Source of the DNA: Tubiluchus corallicola
Taxonomy: Eukaryota > Animalia > Priapulida
NCBI GenBank assembly: GCA_030141605.1
Contig: JAQGDQ010000066.1
Coordinates: 1 to 64,000, forward strand
Direction: 5' to 3'
DNA length: 64,000 nucleotides
In this document: positions 44,662-59,600 of the stretch, piece by piece
How positions within the stretch are numbered: position 1 is the stretch's first letter
How the letters are laid out: every line of letters begins with the position of its first letter
Program-made: the position numbers and the translations under genes
Notes under the pieces: model-generated
What the model was told of the DNA's origin: nothing
What the model saw: the letters and a program-made list of their open reading frames with translations, nothing else
Databases searched by the model: none

Positions 44662-47600
44662 TTAAAAATTAAACTGCACAGTTGCGGAAAGCTTACCACG
44701 TCCACCTTTACTGTAAGCACATACTCTTACTCTATAAAACATGGGTGCTCTCTTCAAACCTGATATAGTATAATGTGTTTTATATCCTGCATCAAACTCT
44801 TGTTGTTTAATATCATTGTTGGAATGTACTTTCTCTAACAAAACCTGTAAAAAAGAAAAAATGTTTACTTAGTCAGAAAGCACTGTCAACAAAGACATTT
44901 TTAATTTAGTATTGCCAAGATTTCCCACCCCAGCTCTTGTTCTTTTACTCTTTTCATTTTACATGAATGCAGAACTACCCCACTATATGTAAACTTATTT
45001 CTGCCTTACGTTAAGTACATTAAGAGCACTGACAGAAACTAGAAAAAGCTTGACTGAACTGCCAATTCAGCTTGGCGGCAAAATGTGTATCGCACACATG
45101 AATAAAAATAGAAAACAGTTAGAACTGCAATCTAACGAATAGAAAGCAATGTCAAGACACTGGGAATGTAATTACAACCAAATTCTACCCGTTCATCCTT
45201 GACAGGGAGCCAGGCTCATGTCATGCCACAAGCTTGGCGTTGAGTATGGCCTACGGCCTGCCTTATAGTGCTGTATTTCAACTTGCAGTATGTCGAGGGT
45301 TTTTAGAAAACTTGTCGTGTGCATAGGAACACAAGGCCAGAATATGCAAAAAGTCCATAAAAAAGCTACACTGCTTAAATAGCAATTTAATGCAGATATT
45401 TTATGAATATATGTTAGCAGTTTTTGCCTGTTATTGTGGTCCGGTGTAATGTGGTTTTCTCATGATCGTGTAGTGTTGTCAGAGTTAGCATAGAGTTAGC
45501 AACACCTTATATAATAGAATCAATTGGACGCAATAAAATTTCTATATGGCAAAAACATACACTCTATTAACAAGTCCATCTTTATAATTTCATCATCATG
45601 TTTTACTATGTCTTATGGCAGAAGCTCTTTAAAAATGTCATAAAAGGTTGAGAAATCTTAAGTGGACTATGCCCTTAAAGAATGAACTATGTCTGTCTAT
45701 CTATCTACCAATAGCTAAAGTCAAAAGAAACAGCTTGAGCACTACCGTTTTTAGATATTCCAAACATTTGGGTTGTGATACTTCAAAACTAAGGAACCCA
45801 ATTGATTTTCCAGTCCAGCTACTATGTATCACTAAATTCATGTAGAAAAACTAGGTGAATGTCTCCTCCTATCGCGATTCTCAGCATCAGCCTTCGTTCC
45901 ATGATTATCAGGAACAGGTTACTAAGTATTCTCACTAAGAAGCTTGAATAAGTCAGGTTGTAGAAAAAAATCAATAACCCTATCACATGCCTGCCAGCAA
46001 ATACTAATAAAAATATTGTTATCTACATTTTTACCAGGTAGCCCTCCGTTTTCTCTTCATCGGATCCATGACGAATGCCATTCCATCTGACTTGCACCTT
46101 ACTAAGTAATACTTCAACTTTGACATTGGCCGGGGCTTGTTCAGGTGCTAGAAATCACATCATAATAACTTGTGAAAAATAATCACACAAAATGCAGTAA
46201 CTCTACAACACGGGCATTTAAAAAGTTTCGAAATACCACCAGTTCCTAGCAATGTTTAAGCGACCATCATAAATAACACACATGAACTGTTTAGCAGCAT
46301 TCAAAAGATATGAAAAAATTCTAACACTCCTTCAAAATAATACTCTAAGCTACAAGTGAGCCTATGCATTATAGCTGACCTCCAAGTAATTTTCATCTGC
46401 TTTTTATATATCTTTTAAAGGTTTTAGGAAGTCACGAGTTCGTGTATCAATGTCTCCACTTTACCTAACAACGAGATCCAACATGCATACACCTGCATTA
46501 TACTGCAGCCTTGCAATGTGGGTTAACATAGCTATGCTAATTGTTACTAAAACTGGTGATTTGATCTGTAAGCTTTCTAAACACTCCTGTAAATTACAGT
46601 CAACCTCGGATATAGGGGACACCTCGGGACCGGAAAAAACCGTACCTTATATCCGATGTCTCTTACAGCCGAAGTTAAGTCAGACCGAGGGTGTATCTAG
46701 ACATGTAATTTTCTGCACTTTTACCCATATTTTTATGTATTATTGCTACACATACAGTGCAAACAGTATGTAGGAAGCTCCTTCAGTAATGCGAGATGTA
46801 TGTGACAGCGGGAACCGAGCTGTTTGAAGGCCGAGTTTGCCAAAAATTGAGGTTAAAAACTGATCAATTTCGCTTTGATCATAGGGTCCCTTATATGCGA
46901 GGTAATTTACCTGGGTTTCTACTACGCGGTACCTGAAGATATCATCCCTTATAACCGAAAGTCCCTTATATTCGAGTACATTATATACGAAGATTTTTAC
47001 GTAGGAAAAACGTTACGAAAAATCGGGACTGTTGTTGGTGGTCCCTTATACCCGAGCTTGACTGTAGCTGAAATATCAGTTAAATGTAAGTCCCTGATAA
47101 TACTTGGGGAGTGCTCTAGCTGGTATGATATTCTTAAACGATTCACTATTGAGCAATAATTAAGAAGAATTAATTAAGAATAATTAAGCAATAATTAATT
47201 TAATCTTAACGATTTTCGAGAAACTACCTTATGAAACAAAATTAGAAAGTTAATTAATTGACTAATGCATTATTAGTAATAAGATTTTCCTAGTTACAAA
47301 AGAGCAGACTTTTCTTTCCAACGAGGCCATTGTCCCACAGAAGCATTTTTGAAACAACAGGTATGAACAAAACTGAGGCATAATTCCAATGAAAGTCTCC
47401 AATAAGATATTCATGGATAAAAATTTGATGTCATTAAATTGTACCTTTCTTGTATGTAGATTTAACAGCAGTTTCACTCATTTTCCCATTACCAGCAAAT
47501 GTATACACCATTGCACGGAAGTAGTATTCTACATCCGGCTGTAGTCCAGTTACAGTCACATGAGTGTAGACAGTATAATGTGGTGGTTGGGAAAAAGAAA

Positions 47601-50600
47601 CTACAGTGGCATCTATTTCTTCTTGGAAAGAGCTCCAATAGAGAACCTAATGAAAAATTCCTCATGTTATGCAATCTATTAGCAAAAAAATGGTACAGCA
47701 TGGCTTCAAGTTTTCAAACAAATTTTGTTTTTTGTTTGAAAGGCTAAAGACCGTTATTGCGTAGACCATAATGGAGCGAAAAACTGGGCTCCGTTAAAGT
47801 CTTCGTCAATGGTTCGTAAGATCTTCACACAAAAATTCAAAGTATTTCAAACAATGTAAGGAAGAACAAGCAAAAAATTTACTTACTCTGACTCCACGAA
47901 AACCCCCACGCATACTGCTTCTACCTCCTTCAATTCGACGCCATTCTACCTTCATCGCAGTGGAGTTAACAGGGGAAGCTGACACATCTTCAGGTATCAC
48001 TAATGGATCTTAAAAGGGCAAAAATGCAACTTGGATAAAAAAATCTAACAAGGTCCGCTTCAATCTAGCATTCACAACCTTATTTGTGCCTCCAGCCCAA
48101 AGCCTGATTTTAATAACGTTAGCCATGTGGCCAGAGCTACAAATAACTGGAATCTATGAACAAAAGAAAGTTTAACTATGCACTCTAAGAAACCTTCTCT
48201 TAAAGTACAAAATTGTTTAATTCCCTTACTTTATTTACTGAGATTAACTTTATTTTCAAACAACCAACTATAATCTTACTCTCACAAGGTCTGTTTTACT
48301 ACATCATTGTGTGAATGCATAATTAGTCATTTTCATGTCTATAAAATAGTTGTTGTTTATAAACTCATTGCACTGAAGGTAGGCTATACTGTCATTATTT
48401 TAATATTTTGTGTTTTAAAGTTTTAAATAGAAGTTGTTTCTTTCAAAAACACATAACAAAACAGTGTGTACATAGAATGGAACAAAATGTACATTTCGTT
48501 ATAGATTTTGCAAGAAAACAGCACAAGATGAAACCGGCCTCTAAGTGATTAATTAATAACAAAAGTGGCATTCATTCATGGTAGCTAGCTCTTGCAGTGG
48601 ACATGCAGCATCAGGTAATGTAGCTTTAAAGCTGGCAAAAAAAAACAGTTAAGCCGGCTAAAATCTGTAGCATAACGAGTAAAGCTTTCGTTATGCCATA
48701 AAGATTGTTTGTGATACAAGTTTGAAGGGGTTTTTTAAGCTCTAACACAGAATTTGGTCTGCAGGAAACTATTATTTCTGCAGTCCCTTTTAGGACAAGT
48801 CTGCTTTGCTGGTTTAGTAAAACTCCACTAGGAGCACTCACGTTTCAACTGTTTCAGCTTTAAAATTGAAATCTCTAGGATATTTGGTTCAACTACCAAA
48901 AGGTACATCACTAAGAATACAGAATTAGAAAACAAAGCTGCAAGAATTTCATTGGGGAATCCCAGTCCTATTATACATATACATAGTAAAATAGCTGCAA
49001 TAATCACAATTAACCCTAATGAATTTATGGGAATATAAACCATGAATTAGTTACAAGGTTTCATACATCATTACTTGCCATCATTAGTGTAACCTAAAAA
49101 AAAAATAATGAACTGCAATAAGAATATTGCCATTTTCAATAACGGCAAACACTGTCCGGGAAAATTGAGAGTTGGTTTCTAGTTTGTCTGTGATTAATTT
49201 ATAACTATAAATTTCTTTATTGAAAAAATTAGTTTTGAAATACATTTGCCAAAAAATTCACACAAAACAATTTTCAGTTAGATTAGGTTTTCTCTAGCAA
49301 ATAGTAATTGTTGTTTATACTTACCTGGTTGGAAATGTTCGTCACTTAAATTTTTACTGTGAAATTAATTTATTAGAAATGGTATGACATTATTAATTCA
49401 AGATAATTATTTTTACATTTTGAGGTGACACTGATGGCAGCAAGTGTTACTGCTGAAATGTTAGCAAGTAAATTTGTTTGGATCAATTACGATTGCTGTG
49501 ACTAATTTAGTATTCATGTGCGTAAAACTGCAAGAAAATGTAAAAAAATCTATTTTCAAAAACTTCTGTACAATGCAAGTCATTTTTCAGTTCAGCTTTG
49601 TAGTTTTCACAACATCAGCTGCACATCTGACACACATGAATGCACAGTTGCATAGTTTGCTATATATATTAATTAGTAGACTTCAGAACTCACAATGGTC
49701 AAACGAAAACATATAGTGCGAATCACTTTGTGGCCCAGAACCAAAATCATTGAAAGCTTGCACTTTTACTTCGTACAAAACGTAAAACAACGCTGCACCA
49801 ATTCTAGAAACAAAAAGCTCTAGATGATATTTGGTACATTCGGTTCTCATTCTCAGGTCACTTATGAAAAAGAAAAAACTGGGTATTAGTTCACAAAATT
49901 ATCATCTCCTGAGATTTTAGAAAAAAAAGCTGAAAAGATTAATTTACAATATCGCACAAACTGTTTAATTTATTTATTAATTTTCAAGTCTTAAATTTCA
50001 AAAATGCGAGTATTTGCAAAAAGAAATTCATGTTTTCTGATACTAAGCAAAGGAGTATGAGCCTATGTATATCATTCGCATAATGAGTTATCAGCATAGG
50101 ATTTTTCTCAATTGTATGTCTTAATCGGCCAGAGGCTTTTAAAATTTATCAAGCGATTTTTTGTTGAACAGGCAAAAAATATGCTTGTAGATTTAACTTA
50201 AATTTAGATCTTCATTGAAAAAAATCACTTTTGAATTAGTTACGATATCTTCTTACTACTACACTTTACATAATTAATATCCTATTATAAACTTTTGACA
50301 ACTCAGAAGACAATGCAAAAGCAGTATCAATGTGATAATGCTACCATTCAAAAATGGAACTTTATGCAAAATTTCTAATTTTATGTACTCTTCTGACAAT
50401 AGTGAATTAGACAAATCGATGGCACCATATGATGAGAATATTAACAGCATGAGTAGTTGTGGTAATGACAACAAAACCAAACATCGTGAGTGACACTTTT
50501 TTTACCAATAACCAATGTAAATATTAAAAGCAAACTTCAGAAATAGTGCAAACCTATGAGCATAGTGACTTCTCTGACCATGAAGTTCTGCCTCCGAAAA

Positions 50601-53600
50601 ATTTGTATCATGCTTATACCTGCGCCAAAATACACGATAACCAATTTTGTCTGCATTCCACTCCTTTTTGGAAAGAGGCTGCAAATTCATTAAGGAAGTA
50701 TGATCAAAATGAGGACTCAAATTCATTAAGGAAGTACAATCAAAGTGATCAAAATGCTTAGCAAGTTTGATATTAAAAATAAGAACATAAACGAGGCAAA
50801 AAAACAGTAGCGCAATTTTACTGAGGCATTTCGGTTGCCGTAATTGCAATATTCAGTCAGCTTAACCTATAAACAACTGAACTTTCTTGATAATTGTGAA
50901 TAGGTTTCAACTGCTGGAGAATTGGAACATGCTGAAAATATAGAAATTTGTCTTTCTACATGTAAACAGCATAACTTCCATAGAAATAATTTGTATTTGT
51001 ACTTTGAAAATTATATATACTCTATATGAAATAACACTCCTTACACTTGTCAGTATATGGAGAAAAACAATGGAATATATTCTATAATTTTTCACTTAGA
51101 CCAAGAAAACAAGAGCAACAACAGTATCATAACAAAACAGATCACTTTATAGGGTACTTCACACCCAAGTAAGAAAAAAACCTTGAACTTCATTCCTTTG
51201 AACCACACGCATGACTTTTTCTCCCCTCAGGGTCACATGGGCTTTTTGGACAGTTTGCCACTGGGTAATCAGCTAAATAAGATTTGTAAAGTTCAAAAAA
51301 CATACTGTCCATGTTATGAGGAGATCGCCTATTTTCGCATCACTGCTGTGGACATCTGTTGGTGAAACATCTGGTTTTGCTTTTAAAGTAGTAAATGGAG
51401 ACGAAGGTCTAGAGGGGACACTTATTCCATGTCGGTTTCCAGCACTTAAGCGAATTTCGTAAGTAACCCATGGTGAAAGACCTTCCACTGTAGTCGACAA
51501 TCTCTCAGCATCTACAAAACTGCAATATTTCAATCCTCTGTCACAAATCAGTTGAATTCTTTTTAACACATTAACATGATCAGCCAAATAAATCAAATAA
51601 GAAACGTACAAGTTCAGAATCAAAACACAAAAAAGAAAATACATTTTGATGTCTCGTGAATGCTGCTTACTTTCTATAACCAAAAACAACAAATGATTGA
51701 TTTATGCCGTCACGTGGTTACTTCACAGATGAGGAAAATTAGGGGTCTGACTATTTCTGCGAACGTATTGATTTTGCAGTGAAAATGTGTTAACAGAATT
51801 CATACCTTCTTGTACATGAATGGACGAGGAATGCAGTTATAAAGTTTATATTTCTGTAAGTGGCATCGTCTTCAAATTATTTGCAAAAACACTTATAGTA
51901 ATTATAAGTTTTTATAGCGTTTTTATAGTAAAACTGGCAAATTTTCAGTGAAGGCAATGTGGTCAAACAAGTTTCAAATTCGAGCCATTTTCAGATCTAT
52001 TTATAGATAACTACTCCAGCAATAAAGAATTTGCAAGGTTTCTGGTTTGAACGAATTTGAGCCATTACGGCAAACAATGGCTAACGAGTCATTTGACACA
52101 GTTATTTTGAAAAACGAGGTATTAGCATACTGCTACCACTATGCAGTTTCAATGTAGTTTCAATGTATCATGTTACCGTTCTACTTACCGCCCGAAATTA
52201 GTAAAACCAAACTAGAATTGCGAGAAAAGTGCAAGCCACATTTGAAATTACCTGCGATGCCTAACAGGCAAACATCCGCTAATAGATCTGCAAATGAAGC
52301 CAGGCCTTTCTGGTCTACTCGGGGGTCTAAAATTCATAGACGAGAATGACTGCCTTTGTGATTCATTTCTGTTCGTCATAAAGAATTTAAATCACATTCC
52401 GAAGTACATACCAGAGGAGATGAACCTGAACAGAGTAGTGAAACTAATGAAATGAAACTTGAACATGAATTATCTCGATAAAGAGGACTATGTATAAAAA
52501 ACGATGCTACAGTCTCGTGAGAATTCGAAAGCAGAACCTCTTGCTTGTATGGCAAGTTGTTCTATCATTTGAGCTACTGACCCCAACCTAGCGACCTGGT
52601 CTAATTTCTTATCCTAATAAGAAACAATTAATCAGGACCACATATGCACCACTAGTGATATGTCACTATATTTTTAATGCACTTAACATGAGGCTATATA
52701 ATTGAAGACGGAGGTAACAAAAAACTGTAGACCAACCAAGATACGAACCCAGAACTGCCTGCTTACACGGCAGGACAAACACACATACAAATGCATACAT
52801 GCAAACACATGCTCAATACTCGATAACAAATTCAATTTAGATGAGCACTTGTTCATTACAACTAAAAGAAGTAAATGTTAAATTTAAAACAACAAGAGAC
52901 AAAAAGACAAAACAAATAAATTTGAGAATCGGTTTTCCTAATAATTTTTACTAAGCAATGAAAGCAAAATAAACCTAAATACTTCCACCACGTTTTCACT
53001 TGGTACCAATCAGAAGAAAAACTATCACGAGCTTCTATCACATGATGTGTTATCCTCGTATGTTGCCTCATTCCTTGCGCCCAATGAACAGTGCAGCTAT
53101 GCGTGTTAATATTTGAGATGGTGACCCCACTAGGAACTCCGGGAGGGCCTAAAATAGCAAGAGGAAAACCTAGCAATTAATTCACTAGCAGGAAGCAACA
53201 TGTTTTTAACAGGCTGACACAAAAAAACAAAACTTTTTTATTTTGATAAAAAACATGTTTTGTAAAATTGGTAAAAAAGCAGCCATATAATACACAGACA
53301 TTCAGCAAATTGAGCTTAATAAAAACTTAGCTGCGCCGACAGCAAGTACACAGACAGCAATCTGATAAATCACACATCAAGCAGCATACAAGATGAAGTA
53401 CATAACGTGCCTTTAATGATCAAAATTTCAAGATCACGTTGTTACAAACAGTAAGGCGCAAATGCAGTAAATTTGCAATGTCATAAGTATAATTAGGGTG
53501 GAATAGCTACAAATATGCAAGGGGGCACATATGGCTATACTTTGGTGCAGTTCTATTAAAGCACTAATAATTTCAAGCACTGCATGATGACACTAACCAG

Positions 53601-56600
53601 ACTAAGTAGTTTTGTTATTTAATTTAATACCATCCGGCAACCTACAAAATGCCAATAACTGAAAATGTTGGTTACGTGTCCTCTATGAAATCTTGTGCCC
53701 TTCTCCCTTCTTATGTCACCACAGCAACGCCATTATTTAGTTTTATAATGATGTTATATTTATTATAATAAAGTAGGCGCCGCTTAATAGACTCAATTTG
53801 GGACCGAAGTGTTTTGACCCAATTAGCCGACTGAACCTATTAACCGATGGGTGTAGTATTACTGGTATAGAAGTATGAGTCACCAGCTAACTATGCACTA
53901 CAAAGGTTTTTAATGAATTTTAGAAACGAAGTAATGCTTAAATTCCTTCGTGCAGTTAAAAATTAAAAAAAATATTTTAAGATATTAATTTATATAAGTG
54001 AATTAGCAATAAATTAAAAAGCATACTTTTCTAAGTCTGTTTCTTTGCAAAAATTCCTTCAAAGTCGGCTGCTTCATTTTGTCGAGAAGAAGTTGGCTCA
54101 CAAAGTTCTCATAATAATAAAAACGTTGAAAATCTGTTGTTGTTTGATGCACAAAATTCTCATGAAATACTTGGTGTTTGGCGTGCTTAGACTGCTGGTG
54201 GTGCCCGTGTTTCCCCGCAAGTAGCTTCGTCTGTAGCTTTACCTAAGCTCCCGCTTGCTATTGTGACATAATAACTCTACTGTACCTGCGTCCCTGGCAT
54301 AACAGCAACATCTCACAAAAGCAAACCACCAAGCAAGTGATTCAATGTTTAGCTTCCAGGAATTCTTGGGTAACGAGGTTAATTACAGTGGACAGGCAAA
54401 TCAAAGGAAACCGTTTGGCTAGCATATAAGCGTACGATAAACGGTTCAGCTTACAAACAAAATGGTACTTAACACGATTGTTTCTACGTATATTATAGGC
54501 CAAAAACGAACTAAGATGACATAAAAGTCATAAAAGCGTATTAGTCACACGAATGTGTCTTATTGAAGCACGTGAAGCAAAAATATTGAGTCAAATATGA
54601 GGAGTTATTTGAGTCAATTACCGACAGTTTTTATGTACATTTGAATAGAAGCGGCCCGTACCTGGCGCTTTTGAGTCAATTAAGCGATTGAGTCTATTAA
54701 CCGCGAGTCTATTAAGTGGCGCCTAATGTAGTTTTGAATAGTGGACTGTTCTTGCAATTGAATAATACACGAATTCGAACACACAATGGGCAAATATTCA
54801 AGCTCACAATCACTGTAGCATTAAACATACCATCAATTTTTAGTACTGCATTAAGATGGACACTTTCAGCAACTGTCTGTATGACACAAGTATATAATCC
54901 AGCATGCCTAGAATTCACATTATAAATTTGTAGGTAGCCTGGACTAATATCCCATCGCTAAAAAACAAAATACATTTCATGTCATCTGAAAAACAATTAA
55001 ATATCACACTAAAAGGTGAAGCAACATTTTTGAAACAGTGTAAAACCAAAAATGTAGGCATCCCATATCATATTATTGTTCCATGATGTGCAGTTTTGGG
55101 ATGAGCAAAATGTTTGAGTGTGTCGATTAATGTTTAAAAGTTTGAGCGCCACCGATTGCTTGCAAAGTACGGATGATGAAAAGAGATCGTGCTATAGTGG
55201 CCACTCGCAGCAAACAGGCACAAGTACAGAAATAAAATGCATCAATCTGCACATATCGAAGTAAACAGAGACTTAAAGCTGTGAAAAACACTATTCTTGA
55301 TAAAATAAAAAAATGTCATGAAATTCTGTACACTCTATTAAGCCATTTTATTGGCTACGTAACTTGAACCGATAGGTACTGTAATTTCAACAGTGGTGTT
55401 TGAAAGAACTTTAGATAAGTTTGCGTAAAATTCGAAAAATAATCGTAGCATTTGTATCACACGCTTCATTGACTAAGCAAAAGTAAAAATTACTTCACCT
55501 CGACATCAGCATTAATAATAAGATTTTTGGTGAGCCAGTGACATTTTAGCGCACACTGGCATAGTAAGCCAGTGGTTATCAGACGGCATGAACATTTTAA
55601 ATTGTGAAGAATATTGTTTTCTAGTTACGTAATTCAAACTGGTAAAACATTACGTTACGTAATTTAACTTTGTATGGGAAGTTTTAAAGTCATATTTAAA
55701 ACATCCTGTTCTTCCCCTTTAAGAGACTAAGTTCTGACAGTTTTAATGAATTGGAGCATCTACTGAACATGTGCGTTACAAAAAGGAAAATAGTGGTGAT
55801 TTTGAACATTTTAAATAAAAATGATAGTAAATGTTATTACAGACTTAAAAAACTTCGAACCAAATGTACATGTGATTCTAGTCTTCTAAGAGAGTCCATA
55901 CAAACTAAATGATAAAAAGTAAACTACCAACGTGAACTTTTTCTGCACAAAAAAGTTGAATAGATAAGATAAAATTGAGATAACTCTGGGGAGTTCTCAG
56001 AAAACTTTTTACGTTACTTGTACTGGTACAAACTTTTTTAAATTATTTATAAAGATTTGTGAACTTGCCAGAAATGAAACAGGTCGATCACAATTTAGGT
56101 AGGTGGAATTTATTACAGTGGTATACATTTTATAAATGCTGAGTTCCTAGAATATCTCATGACCACAGTATCTCTAGGCACAAATCTCCATTGCCCAAAC
56201 ATCTAACACTCACAACCATCAGGAATTACATGTTAGTACGGGCAGATCTCTAGCGTCTCTTTTACTTTCATACCTATACTAGCCCACTTAGCAGCCTTTA
56301 CTTTACTTTGTACAGCAGTAAGTTCCTGTCATGGATTGTTGAATTTATGCCGAAAATATCAATCACTAATTTAAATTCCACCTCATGAAACAGAGCTGCA
56401 AAAATATCTCGACACCAAAAGTGAAGGTCTCCTCATTCGCTGGTTCAGTTAAAGAATATTTTCATTTTGCAAGATTTTCAAATAACACGAGTTTATACAT
56501 CTTTACAGCTTTGATAACATGCAAAATGCACATGTGCTCGACTTGTGCTAGAACAGTATTTCAGGTATATTGGTACGAAAAAACAAAAAAAAATATCTGT

Positions 56601-59600
56601 CCAAAAACGATTTAACCAACTGACTGATCAGTGATCCCTTCAACCAAGGTTCAGATTAAGCTTTAAGCTTGTTGCAATACAGAATGTGAGTTCAAAAAAA
56701 GTTTAGCATGTAGATCACACACATGCATTAAGCATGAGTCACATTTTTAAAAATTCAGAAGAAAGGGATGAGGTCCATTTGCAAAGATTTTAACATATTC
56801 TGATTCATAAAATCGTCTGTGGCAAGAGAATGCGAAATGACAGGAGTGAGAGGCCATAGAGGCAGTAGATAAACTTGAATGCATTTACAATGTCAGTTTC
56901 ATTGAACATTCTTAACTTCATTAGTCATAATAACAATAGTTGTAATGGTCTATATCTGCATTGTAGTGATATTTTGAATTTTAGTGATACATAAGAGTGT
57001 ATATAAATAATTAGTGATAATAGTGTATCACGTGATCTATAAATGATAAGTGATATGTAAGTGATAATGTGATATAAGTGAAAAGTGATATATAAATGAT
57101 ATAAAGTGTATAATAACTAATAATGACAATATCAAACAGAAAATGTTTTATTTTTGGACTTTTTTAGCAAAAATTAGTAGGTAGGTACTAATATGTTTCT
57201 AGTTTACCCTGTTGACAGTATTGTACTATAAAAGGGTGTGTACGGTGTATTTCACATTTTAGTGATATATATCAACACAAACTAATAAAACTTACAACTT
57301 CATAATGTGGTGTATTGACTATGTCAAGCATTTTCCCATTGAACAGCCAAGAGTACGATAACTCGACACCACGTTCTACTGAAGCACTACACTCGAATAA
57401 CTGATCTCGCAAAACGGGAACAGTTTTATTCCTCGGTGCTTTCCCAATCTTTATCCTAGCTGCAAAAAGTCATTTAGAAGTTAATAGATAAAATAGTTTT
57501 ACTAGCATTTAACTAAGACTTTTATCAACAGTTAAATTTAGAAGACGTGCTCTGAAAAACACATGTAATTAGCCATTTCAGCTATCAACTAATATAGCTA
57601 AGGTCGGTCTAAAATTAATTAACTAATTAAACAGTTCTAATTAATTAACAAATTGCTACAAATTTTTCGTTTTGAACCAAAGACCTCCTAACTAATCGTA
57701 CTAGCAAGTTTCAATTGGACAAACACTTTTGGAATTGGGTCTACTTAAAATTAATTCATTAAATAGCTTTAATTAATTAACGGATTGCGAAAATTTTTAC
57801 GCTTTGAACTCAGGACACTTCAGTTAATCATCACAAAAAATTCAACTCAATTGAATAAATAGTTTTGGAGTTAAAAGATGGAAAAAGTGCGAAATTCAGA
57901 GTGAGTGAATCTGTGAATTTTTCTTCTCCAAAGTCTCATTCCGCCTGTTGTAGTCATTGAGGTATTACCATTTATTAGAGCATTCCACTCACATTCCTAA
58001 AGCCAGGTTATAGGTTAAAGTTGTTGAACATCTTCAGTTATCTTAGTTATCCAAGTTGTTTTTTTGTTTACCAGGTGTTTTTTGCAATGTTTCAAAGCTT
58101 CATTTAAGGAGATTCTTACTGGTGCTTCACTTGGTAATCTGAGAAGGCACCCTAACCATCTTAATCTTTGGAGCTTGACTTCTTTCAAGGAACTTCTTTC
58201 AGTCTAGTGTATAAATCTTCATTTTTGATTATATACTGCCAGCTTATCGTTAAACCTTTCTTTAGAAGACTTCTATGAAATGCGTCAATCTGCTTTTCTT
58301 GAGTAATCATTAAACCCCATGTTTCACTATTGTACATAAACATACTATTAATTTTTGTATACTACTTAATGTGCATATTAAATAATTGAAGTCTAGTGTT
58401 AAGACTTTATTTCTTGCTAGTTCACACATTCTTACATTAATGAAAACCGTGCATTGCTTGCCGTTTTCTATTTTTAATACGTTCTTCGGTGTTTTAAAGA
58501 GTGTCCATATATTAACACTTTTTTCATGACTGATTACCATCTCTTGCAACACTATATTCTTTCTATTTTTGGCTGGTTTACTTGAATATTTTTTTTTCTA
58601 GTTTTTTTCAAAAAATCCCAAGTGTCAATGTAGAATTTCATATACCAATTCAGCCTATGTCATCACGTACTGTTGATCAATCAGGAATAAAGATTCCAAA
58701 GCAGGATAAGTGTTGTCCAGAAAATATTGCGGAAGATTATCACAGACAGTGATATCTTAATTATGATCGTCATTTGAAGGAGTGTGGATCTTAAGTGCAT
58801 TTTGCAGGTAAAGCATGAAATGATTTCAACTGGTTTCTGTCAAAAGGAATTGCTCTCTCTAACGTATGAAAAATCTTGTTCTTATCAAGTAACAAGATGG
58901 TGATTTGACAAGAACTGGGTGTGACTGCTTTTTCTGCTAATATTGCTGCTGACGTTGCTAGTTCAGTAGTGCTCTTGCCCTCCCTGTATGCAGCTTGACT
59001 TGGTGGAATGTTGCCATCTAATCTTTCTTGTATTCATCTGATCATGCAAATAGTCAGAATTTTCTTTAACAAACCCAGCAGTATAATTTGTCTTAGATTT
59101 TCTACAGGTCCTTTTTTTCCTTTTAGGTTTTGTAATACACTGTATATATACTAATACCGCCTGCTTAAAGCTGTGAACAAATGGATTTTTTTCTAAGGAC
59201 CTGAGCTACTGCTTGGAAACAGCCACTATATCATAGACTGTTCATATATTAATGAATAAAATACAAATGGTCAGTATTATGCTAATTTTACACTGCATTA
59301 ATTTAACTTTTTCAGATTTAGGTCAAGAAATCAAAAACGTCTACTTCGAAATAAACTAAGTCTGTAAAGCAATTTTGTGGACTTTTGTGAAATGGCTAGT
59401 CTCAAGAGAACACTTAGTTTCATAAAGAATTTTGTAATGATTTACAATGTAAAGATAACGAATGTGCCTTTTGAAACCAAGATTGGTCAAATGGTCAATA
59501 TTTGCCAGTTTTAATTTTGGTGTTAGGACTTTTCGGCCCTGTTGATAATGATCCAGATTTTACTTTTGATGTCAAGATTTTCTTCACATTTGCACAATTT

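Noticed and set aside
50683-50740. Two copies of caaattcattaaggaagta
   Set aside because: Simple local intronic duplication beside an acceptor; not an array or CRISPR-like structure.
55272-55722. Possible TTAA-flanked (Kolobok/piggyBac-like) element; similar start at ~59164
   Set aside because: No convincing terminal inverted repeats could be paired by eye.
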